Source: Nannocystales bacterium | GTDB taxonomy: Bacteria > Myxococcota_A > Polyangia > Nannocystales > Nannocystaceae | NCBI GenBank assembly: GCA_050633305.1 | Contig: JBOEGF010000005.1 | Location: 32,001-96,000, forward strand | Reading direction: 5' to 3' | Length of the DNA stretch: 64,000 nucleotides | In this document: positions 9,437 to 19,217 of the stretch, in pieces | Layout of the letters: every line of letters starts with the position of its first letter | Position numbering within the stretch: position 1 is the stretch's first letter | Position numbers and translations under genes: made by a program | Notes under the pieces: model-generated | What the model was told of the DNA's origin: nothing | Databases searched by the model: none | What the model saw: the letters and a program-made list of their open reading frames with translations, nothing else

Positions 9437-9674
9437 GCGCCGGTGGCGGCGCGCGCGGGCAAGGTGATGAGCTGAAAAAGGCCCGGGGCTCGGTCGTGGG
9501 GAACTGTGAGACTCGGCCGATTGTCGGGGAATGCGCGTCGCTTCGGCGATGGACCGAGTTTTGATGCATCCGAATGTCCGGGGGGGACTCCACAGCACGA
9601 ACTTTGCGTGTCGATGTGACGCAATGCGTGGAGTTGAGGAGATACGATCGCGGCGGTGGGGATCCTGCGCGGGG

Positions 9675-10400
9675 ATGGGTGATGGGGCTGTGTGGATCGT
9701 CGGCGGGTTGGACCCGAGCGGCGGAGGTGGGGTCTTGCGAGATGCGGCCACGGTACGCGCGGTCGCGCCACACAGGGCTGTGCACGTTGTCGTCACCGCC
9801 CTCACGCAGCAAGGCGACGGAAAGAAGGCTGTCGCCGGTCCCATGAATGCGTCCGCGCTTCGATTCCAATTTCAGCGGGCGCCGAAGCCCGCGGTGGTGA
9901 AAGTTGGGCTTGTCCCCGCCGCGGTCGCCTCGATCGTCGCTGCTGCTCTCGAGAGCGTGGATGCGCCGAAAGTGGTGGACCCCGTCTTGAGCGCGAGCAT
10001 CGGCGGTTCTATGGCCGCGAGTCCCGACGGTCTGTTGCCGTTGATGGCGGGCGGGCTGATCACCCCCAACCGCAAGGAGTACGATGCGCTGATCGGCGGC
10101 GCCGACCCGCAGGGCTGGCTGGAGGTTCATGGGGCCGTCGGGTTGCTCCGCAAAGGCGGGCACGACGGAGGGAAACAGGTCTCCGACACGCTTTGGACAC
10201 GGGCAGGGGCGCGGGTGTACTCGCGTCCAAGGATCGACGGTCCTGACCCGCGCGGGACCGGGTGTGCCCTGGCGGCCGCGATCGCCTGTGGGCTGGCCGA
10301 TGGGTGCGAGATGCAGGCGGCGGTGGGCAAGGGGGTCGCGTGGTTGGACAGTGTGCGGGGCAACGCCCGCACTGTTGGCGGGCAGGTCCTGCTCGGATAG
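9675..10400 (+). CDS. thiD: Hydroxymethylpyrimidine/phosphomethylpyrimidine kinase
   Basis: GGLDPSGGGG, VKVG, VVDPVL, ITPNRKE, KGGH and RGTGCALAAAIA motifs of the ThiD/ribokinase family. Confidence 0.85.
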   Translation: MGDGAVWIVGGLDPSGGGGVLRDAATVRAVAPHRAVHVVVTALTQQGDGKKAVAGPMNASALRFQFQRAPKPAVVKVGLVPAAVASIVAAALESVDAPKVVDPVLSASIGGSMAASPDGLLPLMAGGLITPNRKEYDALIGGADPQGWLEVHGAVGLLRKGGHDGGKQVSDTLWTRAGARVYSRPRIDGPDPRGTGCALAAAIACGLADGCEMQAAVGKGVAWLDSVRGNARTVGGQVLLG

Positions 10401-10424
10401 ACGCGCGTCCGAGAACACGCCGCG

Positions 10425-11492
10425 TCAGACGCTACGGCGCACCAACTGTTGCGCGCGCGCATCCTCGGCGGCGGCGTTCGAGCCCGTTGAAACACCGTCG
10501 ACCCGAGGGGCCGCCGCCGGGTCGTGTGGAAGAGACGAACCCGTGGTTCGCGCGAGGACGGTCCACAGCATCTCTTGAAGTTCTTCGTCGAGTAGGTGCG
10601 GCTGCATCAGCCGCGTCGGTGCCCGCCGCATCCTGACCCCCTGCGCGCCATACGTACCACCCGAAGATGTGTCGTAGCGGTAGGCGACGTCCAGGTACTT
10701 CGCCGCGGCCGCACCGACGGTGGTGGCCATCCCAAACAGCATCATGAGCGGTTGGAGTACGCAGAACATCAGCGCCCGGAACGCGAGAGACTGGTGCCGC
10801 ATCGCGGACGTTGCGAAGGCCGCTCCTGGAGCGACGGCGAACACCTTCGTGGTCGAGGACACCCTTCGGGCGAGAGCGGAAGCCCACCAACTCACGAAAA
10901 CCTTGACCGTCGCGTAGTGGGGCTTGGCCCGGTAGCGGTACGGTGTCTGTGCGCGAAGGAGCGTCTGGACTGCGGCTTCGAGGTCGCCGCCGAGGTGTTG
11001 TTGTGCGAAGAGGCGTACCGCGGTCGGCTCCATGCCGGGCATCTCTCCCTTCGCGGCGTCGGATGTCGCGATTACAATGCGGGCATCGGCGGTGACGGAA
11101 CCGGAGTGCAACAGAGCCGTGGTCAGGATGTGGTGACCCACGAGCGAGGCGGCGCCGCTCTCCTCGAAGCCCTCGGCGGTGCGGACGACCTTCTCGCGGC
11201 CGAGCATGCCGGCGTTGAGGAGGAGGAGGTCGATTCGGTGTCCATCTCGTGACACGGCATCAGCAACCTCGTGAAGCTGGGCAGGCGAAGTCATGTCTGC
11301 TGCGTAGGCCTCGACGTTGTCGTTCCCGGTTGCGTCGCGCAGATGCTGCCGCGCTTTCTGTGCTTTTTCCGGAGTGCGGCAAACCAGCAAAACTCGAGTT
11401 CTCGAGTCTTGTAGGAGTTGTCGGGCGGCCTCGAAACCGAGCCCGACGTTGGCGCCGGTGATGAGAGCGGTGCGGGTAGGGTCGAACGGCAT
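10425..11492 (-). CDS. Short-chain dehydrogenase/reductase
   Basis: ITGANVGLG, LNAG, YATVK (YxxxK). Confidence 0.9.
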   Translation of the reverse strand: MPFDPTRTALITGANVGLGFEAARQLLQDSRTRVLLVCRTPEKAQKARQHLRDATGNDNVEAYAADMTSPAQLHEVADAVSRDGHRIDLLLLNAGMLGREKVVRTAEGFEESGAASLVGHHILTTALLHSGSVTADARIVIATSDAAKGEMPGMEPTAVRLFAQQHLGGDLEAAVQTLLRAQTPYRYRAKPHYATVKVFVSWWASALARRVSSTTKVFAVAPGAAFATSAMRHQSLAFRALMFCVLQPLMMLFGMATTVGAAAAKYLDVAYRYDTSSGGTYGAQGVRMRRAPTRLMQPHLLDEELQEMLWTVLARTTGSSLPHDPAAAPRVDGVSTGSNAAAEDARAQQLVRRSV

Positions 11493-11566
11493 GGGGTCTC
11501 TGCACACAACCTAGGTCAGGCGGTTGGGACCGCCACGCGGATTGGTGCGTTGGTGTGGCTCAAAAA

Positions 11567-12484
11567 TCATCCACTCCGCGGGATGTCGCCGCGCCAGGCG
11601 CGCGCCCTGGCTCCCGACATCAAATCGCGTTCGCCCCTGAGCGCCTTCGAGATGAAAGCGGAGAAGAGGCGGACACGCGTGGTCGTTCGGAGTTCCTCAG
11701 GCGTGAGCACCCATAGGTCCAAGGTGTGTGTGGGGTTGGGCGGCATGATCTGCCACAGCGATTCGTGTCGGTCCGCGACGAAGCAGTTGAGGAACCCCGC
11801 GCCCAGTCCGGCGAGCACGGATGCATGAACAGAGTGGCTGCTGCTCACCCGGATCCCGATCGTCTCGGCGTGGTGTTCCACCCAATGGGCGCTTGGGTGC
11901 AGGCGCATGTCCTCGTTCCAACCAACCCAACTCATCGACTCGGGGGATGTGTGTGGAGGGAGCGCTTGCAGGTATTCGGCCGATGCATAGGCTGCGAGTG
12001 CCATCGGGCCAATTCTCTGTCCTACAAGGGTCTGTGCGGGGCTATTCGTCAGCCGGAGCGCCACATCGGCCTCGCCGCGCGCGAGGTTCACGATGCGGGG
12101 GCCGGTCAGCACGTCGAGCACGATTCCGGGGTACGCCGCTCGAAACGCGGCGAGGTGTTGCACCAACGAGGGCATCAGGACGTCGATGGTTGCGACACGG
12201 ACGACTCCGGACGGAGCTGCATCCCTCCCTGCGACCGCGACACCCATCTCGTCAAAGTGTTGTTCGATCTCTTCCGCGTGGGCACGGACGTCCTCCCCGG
12301 CAGGTGTTGGACGGTAGCCAGCCGGAAGCTTCTCGAAGAGGCGGGCACCCATCCGTTCCTCGAGCGCCGCAATCCGTCTCGAGACCGTCGAGTGAGTGAC
12401 GCGGAGTGACTCCGCGGCCTTACGGACCGTTCCCCGCCGACATACTGCGAGGAAGTAGCGAAGGTCGTCCCAGTCGCGAGTCAT
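11567..12484 (-). CDS. LysR-family regulator
   Basis: DWDDLRYFLAV..HSTVSRRIAALEERMGARLF HTH plus substrate-binding domain. Confidence 0.95.
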   Translation of the reverse strand: MTRDWDDLRYFLAVCRRGTVRKAAESLRVTHSTVSRRIAALEERMGARLFEKLPAGYRPTPAGEDVRAHAEEIEQHFDEMGVAVAGRDAAPSGVVRVATIDVLMPSLVQHLAAFRAAYPGIVLDVLTGPRIVNLARGEADVALRLTNSPAQTLVGQRIGPMALAAYASAEYLQALPPHTSPESMSWVGWNEDMRLHPSAHWVEHHAETIGIRVSSSHSVHASVLAGLGAGFLNCFVADRHESLWQIMPPNPTHTLDLWVLTPEELRTTTRVRLFSAFISKALRGERDLMSGARARAWRGDIPRSG

Positions 12485-12500
12485 GGTGCATTCTTGCACC
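12485..12500. promoter_or_regulatory. Palindrome abutting the LysR start (candidate autoregulatory site)
   Basis: GGTGCA-ttct-TGCACC perfect inverted repeat. Confidence 0.45.
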
Positions 12501-12794
12501 GGTTCGAGGCGCGAGTTCAATGGCCCAGCGCCGCTGCGTGGCTACGACTGTTCGGCCCGTCGCGGGTGTTCCTGAACTCTGCGACGGGTAAGGACCTGAA
12601 CCCTAGGGGCAGGGCTATGTGCTCTCGGTCGGCGCGGAGAACGTGCTCCGTGGTGCGTGCGTGCCGAACGTTCGAACGGAAAAACTGTCCCCCCGGGTCG
12701 ACCGTCGGAGGGTCTCGAGCAGGATACGAGCGCGCAACGGTTGCCGGATGTGACCCGGCTGGCCGACGTACGTTGGGGTCGGAGGCGTCCAACA

Positions 12795-13193
12795 ATGACC
12801 GACAGCGATCAGACCGTCAGCGCGTACATGACCAAGAACGTCCATGCGATCGACATGGAGAACTCGCTCCCCACCGCTCGACTGATGATGGAGGAGCACA
12901 GCATTCGCCACCTACCCGTGACCGATGGCAGCAACATCGTGGGGCTGCTCAGCGAACGCGATCTCGGGAAGCTCGAGGTGTTCCCGATGCTGAGCATGTC
13001 GACGGTTTCGGTTCCCGACGCGATGACCGACAAGCCCTACATCGTGGCCCCCGACGCTCCGATGGTGGGGGTCTTGGAGAAGATGCGAGACGAGCGACTG
13101 GGGTCAGCGATCGTTGCGGACGAGGGCAAAGTCGTGGGCATCTTCACGGCCACCGACGCGATCTCGCACCTCATCGAAGCCCTGCGCTCGTAG
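12795..13193 (+). CDS. CBS-pair protein
   Basis: VSAYMT..IRHLPV..VGLLSERDL / DAMT..SAIV..VVGIFTATDA; GGAGG SD upstream. Confidence 0.92.
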   Translation: MTDSDQTVSAYMTKNVHAIDMENSLPTARLMMEEHSIRHLPVTDGSNIVGLLSERDLGKLEVFPMLSMSTVSVPDAMTDKPYIVAPDAPMVGVLEKMRDERLGSAIVADEGKVVGIFTATDAISHLIEALRS

Positions 13194-13218
13194 CCGAGGC
13201 AGGGGCTCGGGGGCGAGC

Positions 13219-14007
13219 TCATTCGCAGAGCAGCTCGCCGTTCGCTTCGACCCAGCTGACGTCGGGGCAGCAGGTCGCCTCGTCGCTACACCAAACGCAG
13301 GCCTCGGGTGCGGGGTAGAGCAAGTGAACCTCTTCGCCGTCGAGGAGGTCTTGCAGGACAAAGGCGTCGCGCTGTGCGTCGAAGAGGATGGAACCCTCGC
13401 AGTTCGGCGGGTCCTCGAGCCCGCCGATGAACCCGCAGTTCAACTGGGACTCGTTTTCGACCGGGTCCCACTGCAGTCCGAGGGCACCGTTCGCTTCGAC
13501 CTCGAGTGTCCAGCAGCCGTAGACGAAGTTGCCACCCTCGGTTGCCCCGGCGCTCTGGGAGTGGCGGGTGACGACCCCGTCTTCGCGGAACCGGTAGATG
13601 TCCGTCCCTTGGCGTTCGCACGATGTCGAGCCGGCGACGTAGGACCAGCCTTGGCTGACGAATCGAGCCGCATCGGCCCCGGAAACGTCCCCGGGTGATG
13701 GACATGTGAAGTCGTCTGGAGGCGCGGCAGCTCCGTTGGGGTCGACGCAGTCGAGCCCTTGCTCTTCGAAGCCTTCGTCGCAGTCGCAGCTGGGGATACC
13801 GCCTTCGAGGACGCACTGCCCATTGCCGCTGCACTCCAGGACACAGTCCGCATCTGTCTCAGATCCGTCGCTTCCCGTGTCCGCCGTTTGCCCACCGGTG
13901 TCGGCTTGCTCGGTGTCCGCAGCGCCTGTGTCGTCGACGTCGTCAGCCGGACATCCGGGCAGGACGGCGAGGAGCAATCCTGCGATTCGACCGTATCTCA
14001 ATGTCAT
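13219..14007 (-). CDS. Cys-rich lipoprotein with EGF-like domain
   Basis: Lipobox LPGC; CSGNGQCVLEGGIPSCDCDEGFEEQGLDC EGF pattern. Confidence 0.8.
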   Translation of the reverse strand: MTLRYGRIAGLLLAVLPGCPADDVDDTGAADTEQADTGGQTADTGSDGSETDADCVLECSGNGQCVLEGGIPSCDCDEGFEEQGLDCVDPNGAAAPPDDFTCPSPGDVSGADAARFVSQGWSYVAGSTSCERQGTDIYRFREDGVVTRHSQSAGATEGGNFVYGCWTLEVEANGALGLQWDPVENESQLNCGFIGGLEDPPNCEGSILFDAQRDAFVLQDLLDGEEVHLLYPAPEACVWCSDEATCCPDVSWVEANGELLCE

Positions 14008-14229
14008 GGAGGGTCTCTACCCCGAGACCGTCGCCGGGACCAGCGCATAAACCCCGCCAGACAGCGATCCCCCTCACAGTGTCGGGCATGGGCTGGGCGG
14101 TCGGGGCAGCTGGCTGCCGGGCCCAGCTTGGGCCTCCGCGGACCGTGTCGCGGGTCTCGTCGTTTTGCTCCTCGTTTTCTCGGTTGCGCGCAGTGGGAAC
14201 TAGAGGACACGATCGTCGTCTCGAACGTC

Positions 14230-15168
14230 ATGTCGACAAACAAGACCATTCACGTGATCGGCGTTCCTATGGACCACGGTGCGGGCCGGCGGGGGGTTGG
14301 CATGGGGTCGGCGGCGATCCGGATCGCTGGACTGCATCGCAGGCTACGCGCGCTCGACTACGAGGTTCGTGACCTCGGCGACCTGGTGATCCCCGCTCCC
14401 GAGACACGGCCGCAGGTGGACGCGAAGGCGAAGTTCTTGCCGCTGATCGCTTCGACATGCACCGAACTCGCGGACGCGGTTCCGGGCATGTTCGAGGACG
14501 GGGGCTTCCCGCTGATCCTTGGCGGGGACCACTCGATCGCAATCGGTACGCTCTCCGGCCTGGCGCTCGAGCAACACCGTAGAGCGAAGACGAAGCCAGA
14601 GGGTCCGCCGAAGCTCGGCGTGATCTGGTTTGATGCGCACGGGGACATCAACCGCCCCGACACGTCGCCCAGCGGGAACATCCACGGCATGCCCGTCTCC
14701 TGTTTGCTGGGGCAGGGGCCGGAAGCGCTGACGGACATCGGATACCCAGGCGCCAAGCTCGACCCGAAGCGCTTCTGTCAGATCGGATTGCGGGACATCG
14801 ACGCCACGGAGCGTCGGCTGCTCAAGGAGTCCGGCATTCGCACGTACACGATGGCAGACATCGATCGGCGAGGCATGGCAACGATCGTCGAGGAAGCGCT
14901 GGAGTACGCGCTCGATGGCTCGGACATGCTGCACTGCAGCTTCGACATCGACTCGGTCGACCCTCGCGTCGCGCCGGGAACCGGCACACCGAAGCTCGGT
15001 GGACTCACCTACCGAGAGGCTCACCTAGGGTTGGAGATCATCGCCGAGACCGAGCGCTTGAGCAGCATGGAGATGGTCGAGGTGAACCCCGCGCTCGATG
15101 ACGCCAACAAGACGGCCGAGCTCGCAGTCGGCTTGATCGCGTCGGCGCTCGGTTCGCGCATCTTGTAG
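14230..15168 (+). CDS. rocF: Arginase
   Basis: GGDHSIAIG, WFDAHGDIN, SGNIHGMP and SFDIDSVDP Mn-binding motifs; EVNP. Confidence 0.93.
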   Translation: MSTNKTIHVIGVPMDHGAGRRGVGMGSAAIRIAGLHRRLRALDYEVRDLGDLVIPAPETRPQVDAKAKFLPLIASTCTELADAVPGMFEDGGFPLILGGDHSIAIGTLSGLALEQHRRAKTKPEGPPKLGVIWFDAHGDINRPDTSPSGNIHGMPVSCLLGQGPEALTDIGYPGAKLDPKRFCQIGLRDIDATERRLLKESGIRTYTMADIDRRGMATIVEEALEYALDGSDMLHCSFDIDSVDPRVAPGTGTPKLGGLTYREAHLGLEIIAETERLSSMEMVEVNPALDDANKTAELAVGLIASALGSRIL

Positions 15169-15312
15169 GCGAGCGCGGCGTCGAGGCGTCCACTTGCAGG
15201 ATCTGCAGGTGGCTCTGCGGTTCTGGCGGACTCTGCGAGGTTGGGTGCACCCCCAAGCTGTTGAAAACCCGTCGTGGGTGACTGGCTTCGATCTCGCACT
15301 GCCATCGTGGCG

Positions 15313-15570
15313 ATGCACCACCTCTTCCCGGTTTCGTCATCGCTGCTTCTCTCGCTGAGCCTCGCAGATCCGGGTCCAGGTGGTCCGGGAAAGCGCCCCG
15401 CTCGACCCCCACGCGAGGCGGTTGAAGCGTGTGCCGAACTGCGCAGTGGAGACGCTTGCTCGTTCACCGGCCGCGATGACACCGCCGTCTCGGGCACTTG
15501 CTTCACTCCAGAAGCCGACAAACCACTCGCGTGTCGGCCGAAGAATCCGCGGAAACCTCCGAAGAAATGA
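15313..15570 (+). CDS. Small secreted 4-Cys protein
   Basis: Signal-like N-terminus; PPREAVEAC..GDACSF..SGTC..LACRP. Confidence 0.65.
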   Translation: MHHLFPVSSSLLLSLSLADPGPGGPGKRPARPPREAVEACAELRSGDACSFTGRDDTAVSGTCFTPEADKPLACRPKNPRKPPKK

Positions 15571-15665
15571 TTCGCTTATCCCGGCCGTTGGGCGCCTTGG
15601 CGTGCGTCGCGGACGGTGGGGCTCCCTGTCTGCTGCGTGGTAGAACCCCGTCGCGAAGGCGACTG

Positions 15666-16844
15666 ATGCGTACGACGGTTTCGATCCTGATCTTGAGCTT
15701 CCTCTTCGGCTGCAGCGACGACGGTACGATCTCCGCCAACGCCGATGCTGGCACGACATCGGGGTCTGCGACGTCGCCGACAGGGACTCCGGACGCATCG
15801 AGTGGGGCAGACCCCAGTGGCGCTCCTTCATCGGCCAGCGCTGGGAGCTCGGGCGAGAGTGACTCCACAGACCCGACCGTTGCGACCGCCGACCCAACCG
15901 GTGACGACACGGATTCGTCCGATGGGGGCAGCACGGGCGGCGAGGCGGCCGAAGGATGCCCCGAAGGCCCATTTGCGGCGACACCCTTGGTACAAGCGGT
16001 GGTGACCGCGGAGCCGATCGACAATACGTCGACCGCGGCAGGGAGCGGCGGTCTGCTCGAGGGTCCGGTGTGGTGGAACGGGGCCCTGCACCTGTCGCAC
16101 TTCTGGTTCTCCGAGCAGCCTCCGCCAGCAAACATCCTCCGCTACGAGGGGGCTGGCTTGGCCGTTGCGTTCGAGCAGAGCGGAACCAACGGGTTGGCGA
16201 TTGGAGTCGACGGGAGACTCGTGGGGGCCGAACACCAAGCTGGTGCGATCTCAGCGTTCGATCTCGCCGCGGGAACACGGACTCCGGTCGCCGATTCGTT
16301 CCAGGGGGAGCGCTTCAACTCCCCCAACGACCTGACCGTTCACACCGACGGAACGATCTACTTCACCGACCCGGACTACCAGGCTCCCGACCCGAACCCG
16401 CAACCGGTGACCGGTGTGTACCGGGTGGCACCAGATGGTACGGTCGAGTTGTTCGAGTCCGGGCTGGGGCAACCCAACGGTATTTCCCTCTCCCCAGCCC
16501 AAGACGCGCTCTACGTCACGCACGTGGGCGGCATCATGCGGTACGACGTGATGGCGGATGGCACGGTTGTTACCCCGGGGACCTCGTTTGGCAATGTCAG
16601 TGGTGGCGACGGCATGGCGGTGGACTGTGCTGGCAACATCTACGTCACCGTGCACAGCCAGGGCCGCATCGCCGTGCTCTCGCCGAGCGCCGAGGACCTC
16701 GGACAGATAGATGTTGCGCCCCAGGTCACCAACGCAGCCTTCGGTGGCGAAGGGATGCAGACCCTGTTCATCACCGCGGGCAACCCCGAGACCGGCAATG
16801 CTCTGTACTCGGTGGAACTCGAGATCCCCGGGCTGCCGTACTGA
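15666..16844 (+). CDS. SMP-30/gluconolactonase-family lipoprotein
   Basis: Lipobox LFGC; S/T/G stalk; LEGPVW, FNSPNDL, PNGISLSP, DGMAVDCAGNIYV, TNAAFGG. Confidence 0.92.
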   Translation: MRTTVSILILSFLFGCSDDGTISANADAGTTSGSATSPTGTPDASSGADPSGAPSSASAGSSGESDSTDPTVATADPTGDDTDSSDGGSTGGEAAEGCPEGPFAATPLVQAVVTAEPIDNTSTAAGSGGLLEGPVWWNGALHLSHFWFSEQPPPANILRYEGAGLAVAFEQSGTNGLAIGVDGRLVGAEHQAGAISAFDLAAGTRTPVADSFQGERFNSPNDLTVHTDGTIYFTDPDYQAPDPNPQPVTGVYRVAPDGTVELFESGLGQPNGISLSPAQDALYVTHVGGIMRYDVMADGTVVTPGTSFGNVSGGDGMAVDCAGNIYVTVHSQGRIAVLSPSAEDLGQIDVAPQVTNAAFGGEGMQTLFITAGNPETGNALYSVELEIPGLPY

Positions 16845-16871
16845 GGCGTTCGGGAGCCCCCCTCTGAACTG

Positions 16872-17498
16872 CTAGAGGATATCCCGGACCGCTTCGCGGA
16901 GCTTCGTGCCTCCGAGGTAGAGAAAGAGCTCTCGCGCCGCGGAGTTGGAGGCCATCATCGTGCGGAAGCTGGAGTCTCCAAGCAGTGCCTTGGGGTCGGG
17001 AAGGTTGGCGCCGGCGAGCCCGGTGAGCTTGTTTTCCTTCATCACTTCGAGCGTACGCTGCGTCTCGAAGCTCATGCCCAAGTCCTGGGTCGCTTGGCCC
17101 AGCATCGAGCCCAGTCCCTCCTGGCGGCTGTCCACGAATCGCTCGAAGCCGTCCTGGGTCGAGGTCTCGATGTAGCGCGCGGTGGTATCGCCCGTGTTCC
17201 AAAAACCATGGGTGCTGCCTCGCGGCTTGAGGACGTGGCAGCCGGGTCCGGCCGAGAATCGTACGCCCTGAGCGCCGCCCACCTCGAACTGCAGCTCGCC
17301 CTCGATGATGTACATGTGCTGGTCCTCGTTGGCGTGAGTATGGAACGCCAGCAACTCATTGGGGCGGACCTCACCCTCCATGATCGAGAAGTGTCCGCCC
17401 AGTCGGTGGGGCCGGAGGACCATCACCATGTCGCTGGAGGTCTTCTCGCCTTGGCCAGGGTGAACGACGAGGTCTTTGGGGTCGAGTGCGGGGGTCAT
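16872..17498 (-). CDS. Cupin-domain protein
   Basis: HTHANEDQHMYIIEGEL..PRGSTHGFWN cupin motifs. Confidence 0.85.
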   Translation of the reverse strand: MTPALDPKDLVVHPGQGEKTSSDMVMVLRPHRLGGHFSIMEGEVRPNELLAFHTHANEDQHMYIIEGELQFEVGGAQGVRFSAGPGCHVLKPRGSTHGFWNTGDTTARYIETSTQDGFERFVDSRQEGLGSMLGQATQDLGMSFETQRTLEVMKENKLTGLAGANLPDPKALLGDSSFRTMMASNSAARELFLYLGGTKLREAVRDIL

Positions 17499-17560
17499 AT
17501 GCGTTGTCCTTCGAACCCCAGCGTAGGAGCGGGGCGCGGCCGCTCCCAGGACACTTGGCG

Positions 17561-18625
17561 TCACAAGGCGGACAGTTCGGACACCGCCTCTTGCCGGAAT
17601 GCGGCCGGGCTCTTGCCGGTCCAACGCTGGAACGCGCGGCGGAACGCACGGTCATCCGAGTAGCCGACCAGGAACGCGACTTCGTCGATGGAGAGTCGCT
17701 CGTCGGCCAACAGGCGCGAAGCGGAGGCCTCTCTCGCTTCGTCGATGAGGTCGCGCAACGACGCTCCGTGTTTCCGCGTGTAGCGCTGCAGCGTTCGCAC
17801 GCTCATCCCCACGGCGGTGGCGATGTCGTCGGCTCCAAACGCGGACTTCCGTGCTTGCTGCGCGATGGCCTCTCGGACCCGGTCCAGGGGAGCATCGGCG
17901 ACACGGGACCGGAGTCGCTCGCAGACCAGATCCAGGTGCGCCGCGATGAATCGAGCCATGTCCGCGTTGGGTGCGGGCGGTGCCACGCCCAAAGAGGCAG
18001 CGTCGAATACAACCGCGTTTCGCTGTGCCTCGAACACGACCGGAGCCCCAAACCACCGTTCGAAGGGGGCAGCGGTGGCGTAGCGAAGCGGATGGGCAAA
18101 CTCGACCCGGCTGAGCGCGCCTCGCAGGCCGAGGATCTCTTGGGTCATGCGGGCGGCCAGGCCCAGGGCGGCTTCGGATCCCAATCCGGCGTCGAATGCG
18201 TCCTGACTGTGAGCGAAGACCATGGCCAGCGTGGACTCGCCGGGCTCCAGCCGGACCTGAAGGCCACCGGAGAGCACCTTGTGGTACCGGACGATCGTGT
18301 GCAGCGCATCGAGGTGAGTGGCAGCGAAGTGGACAGCCTGAGCCAAGGCACCAAAGACTGTGGGTGGGGCGGCGTCCGCGAAGTCGAGGGCGATCGGGCG
18401 GTGGGGATGTTGCGAACCCAAAGCGTTCCAGGCCGCACCCAACACCGCGTCCGGGACACGCGCGTCGGGGTCGACCAAGTCTTCGAGCCCCATGCCTGTC
18501 GCTTCACGCATCTGCGCTTGGGACACGCCCTTGGCGAGACCGAACAACACCACCGCCGCGACAAAGCCCGAGCGTGTCCCCGCCCGCCGTAGCTTGTCGT
18601 CGTCTGTCCGGATCGGGGCGTCCAT
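17561..18625 (-). CDS. AraC-family regulator
   Basis: MSVRTLQR..SIDEVAFLVGYSDDRAFRRAFQRWTGKSP. Confidence 0.93.
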   Translation of the reverse strand: MDAPIRTDDDKLRRAGTRSGFVAAVVLFGLAKGVSQAQMREATGMGLEDLVDPDARVPDAVLGAAWNALGSQHPHRPIALDFADAAPPTVFGALAQAVHFAATHLDALHTIVRYHKVLSGGLQVRLEPGESTLAMVFAHSQDAFDAGLGSEAALGLAARMTQEILGLRGALSRVEFAHPLRYATAAPFERWFGAPVVFEAQRNAVVFDAASLGVAPPAPNADMARFIAAHLDLVCERLRSRVADAPLDRVREAIAQQARKSAFGADDIATAVGMSVRTLQRYTRKHGASLRDLIDEAREASASRLLADERLSIDEVAFLVGYSDDRAFRRAFQRWTGKSPAAFRQEAVSELSAL

Positions 18626-18683
18626 CGTCCTGTTCCGCGCCGGCCGGCGGAGGCAAAACAGAGCGTATCTCACAGGCCATGCC

Positions 18684-19211
18684 ATGAAGCTCCCGATCCG
18701 CCCCGAATCCGCTCGCATTCTCGAGGACTACCTCCGCGCCAAAGACGCTCAAGTTCCGCACCTGTATCGGCGGGTGTTTACCGCTGACGCTCGATTCGTC
18801 GCCACGTACGCCATGCCGAGCCCGTTTGGCGATGATGCCCCGCGACAGGGGTTCTCTGCCATCGTCGACGGCTTCCGAACGATGGGCACCGCTTGCGAGA
18901 ACATCCTGACGGTCGTGCCGATCGAGACATTGGACGAGACCGCGGAGCGTCTACTGAGCCGGTGGGTGGTCGCGATGACGAAGCGCGACGGGTCCGGAGC
19001 GTTCGTGGGGTGGGGCACCTACCGTTGGCGCTTTGATGCGACACGGACGCGGGCACGAGAGCTCGCGGTGCGGTTCGAGGGCTTGCACGAGCCCGCCGAC
19101 GAGGACGCGACATTCGATGCGATGCTCGACCTTTCGCATCCGTGGTGTTCCCTCCAAGATGTTCAGGAGTTTGCCCGTCGAATCGGGGCGGACGCGCTGG
19201 CGGAAGGCTGA
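18684..19211 (+). CDS. SnoaL/NTF2-like protein
   Basis: LEDYLRAKD..VFTADARF pattern; divergent from the AraC gene. Confidence 0.65.
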   Translation: MKLPIRPESARILEDYLRAKDAQVPHLYRRVFTADARFVATYAMPSPFGDDAPRQGFSAIVDGFRTMGTACENILTVVPIETLDETAERLLSRWVVAMTKRDGSGAFVGWGTYRWRFDATRTRARELAVRFEGLHEPADEDATFDAMLDLSHPWCSLQDVQEFARRIGADALAEG

Positions 19212-19217
19212 CTCGAC

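Noticed and set aside
9437..9674. TPP or c-di-GMP-I riboswitch upstream of thiD
   Set aside because: TPP core motifs are absent. A minus-strand ACGCAAAG lacks the GGCAAA and GAAA elements of c-di-GMP-I. Kept only as an unclassified structured region.
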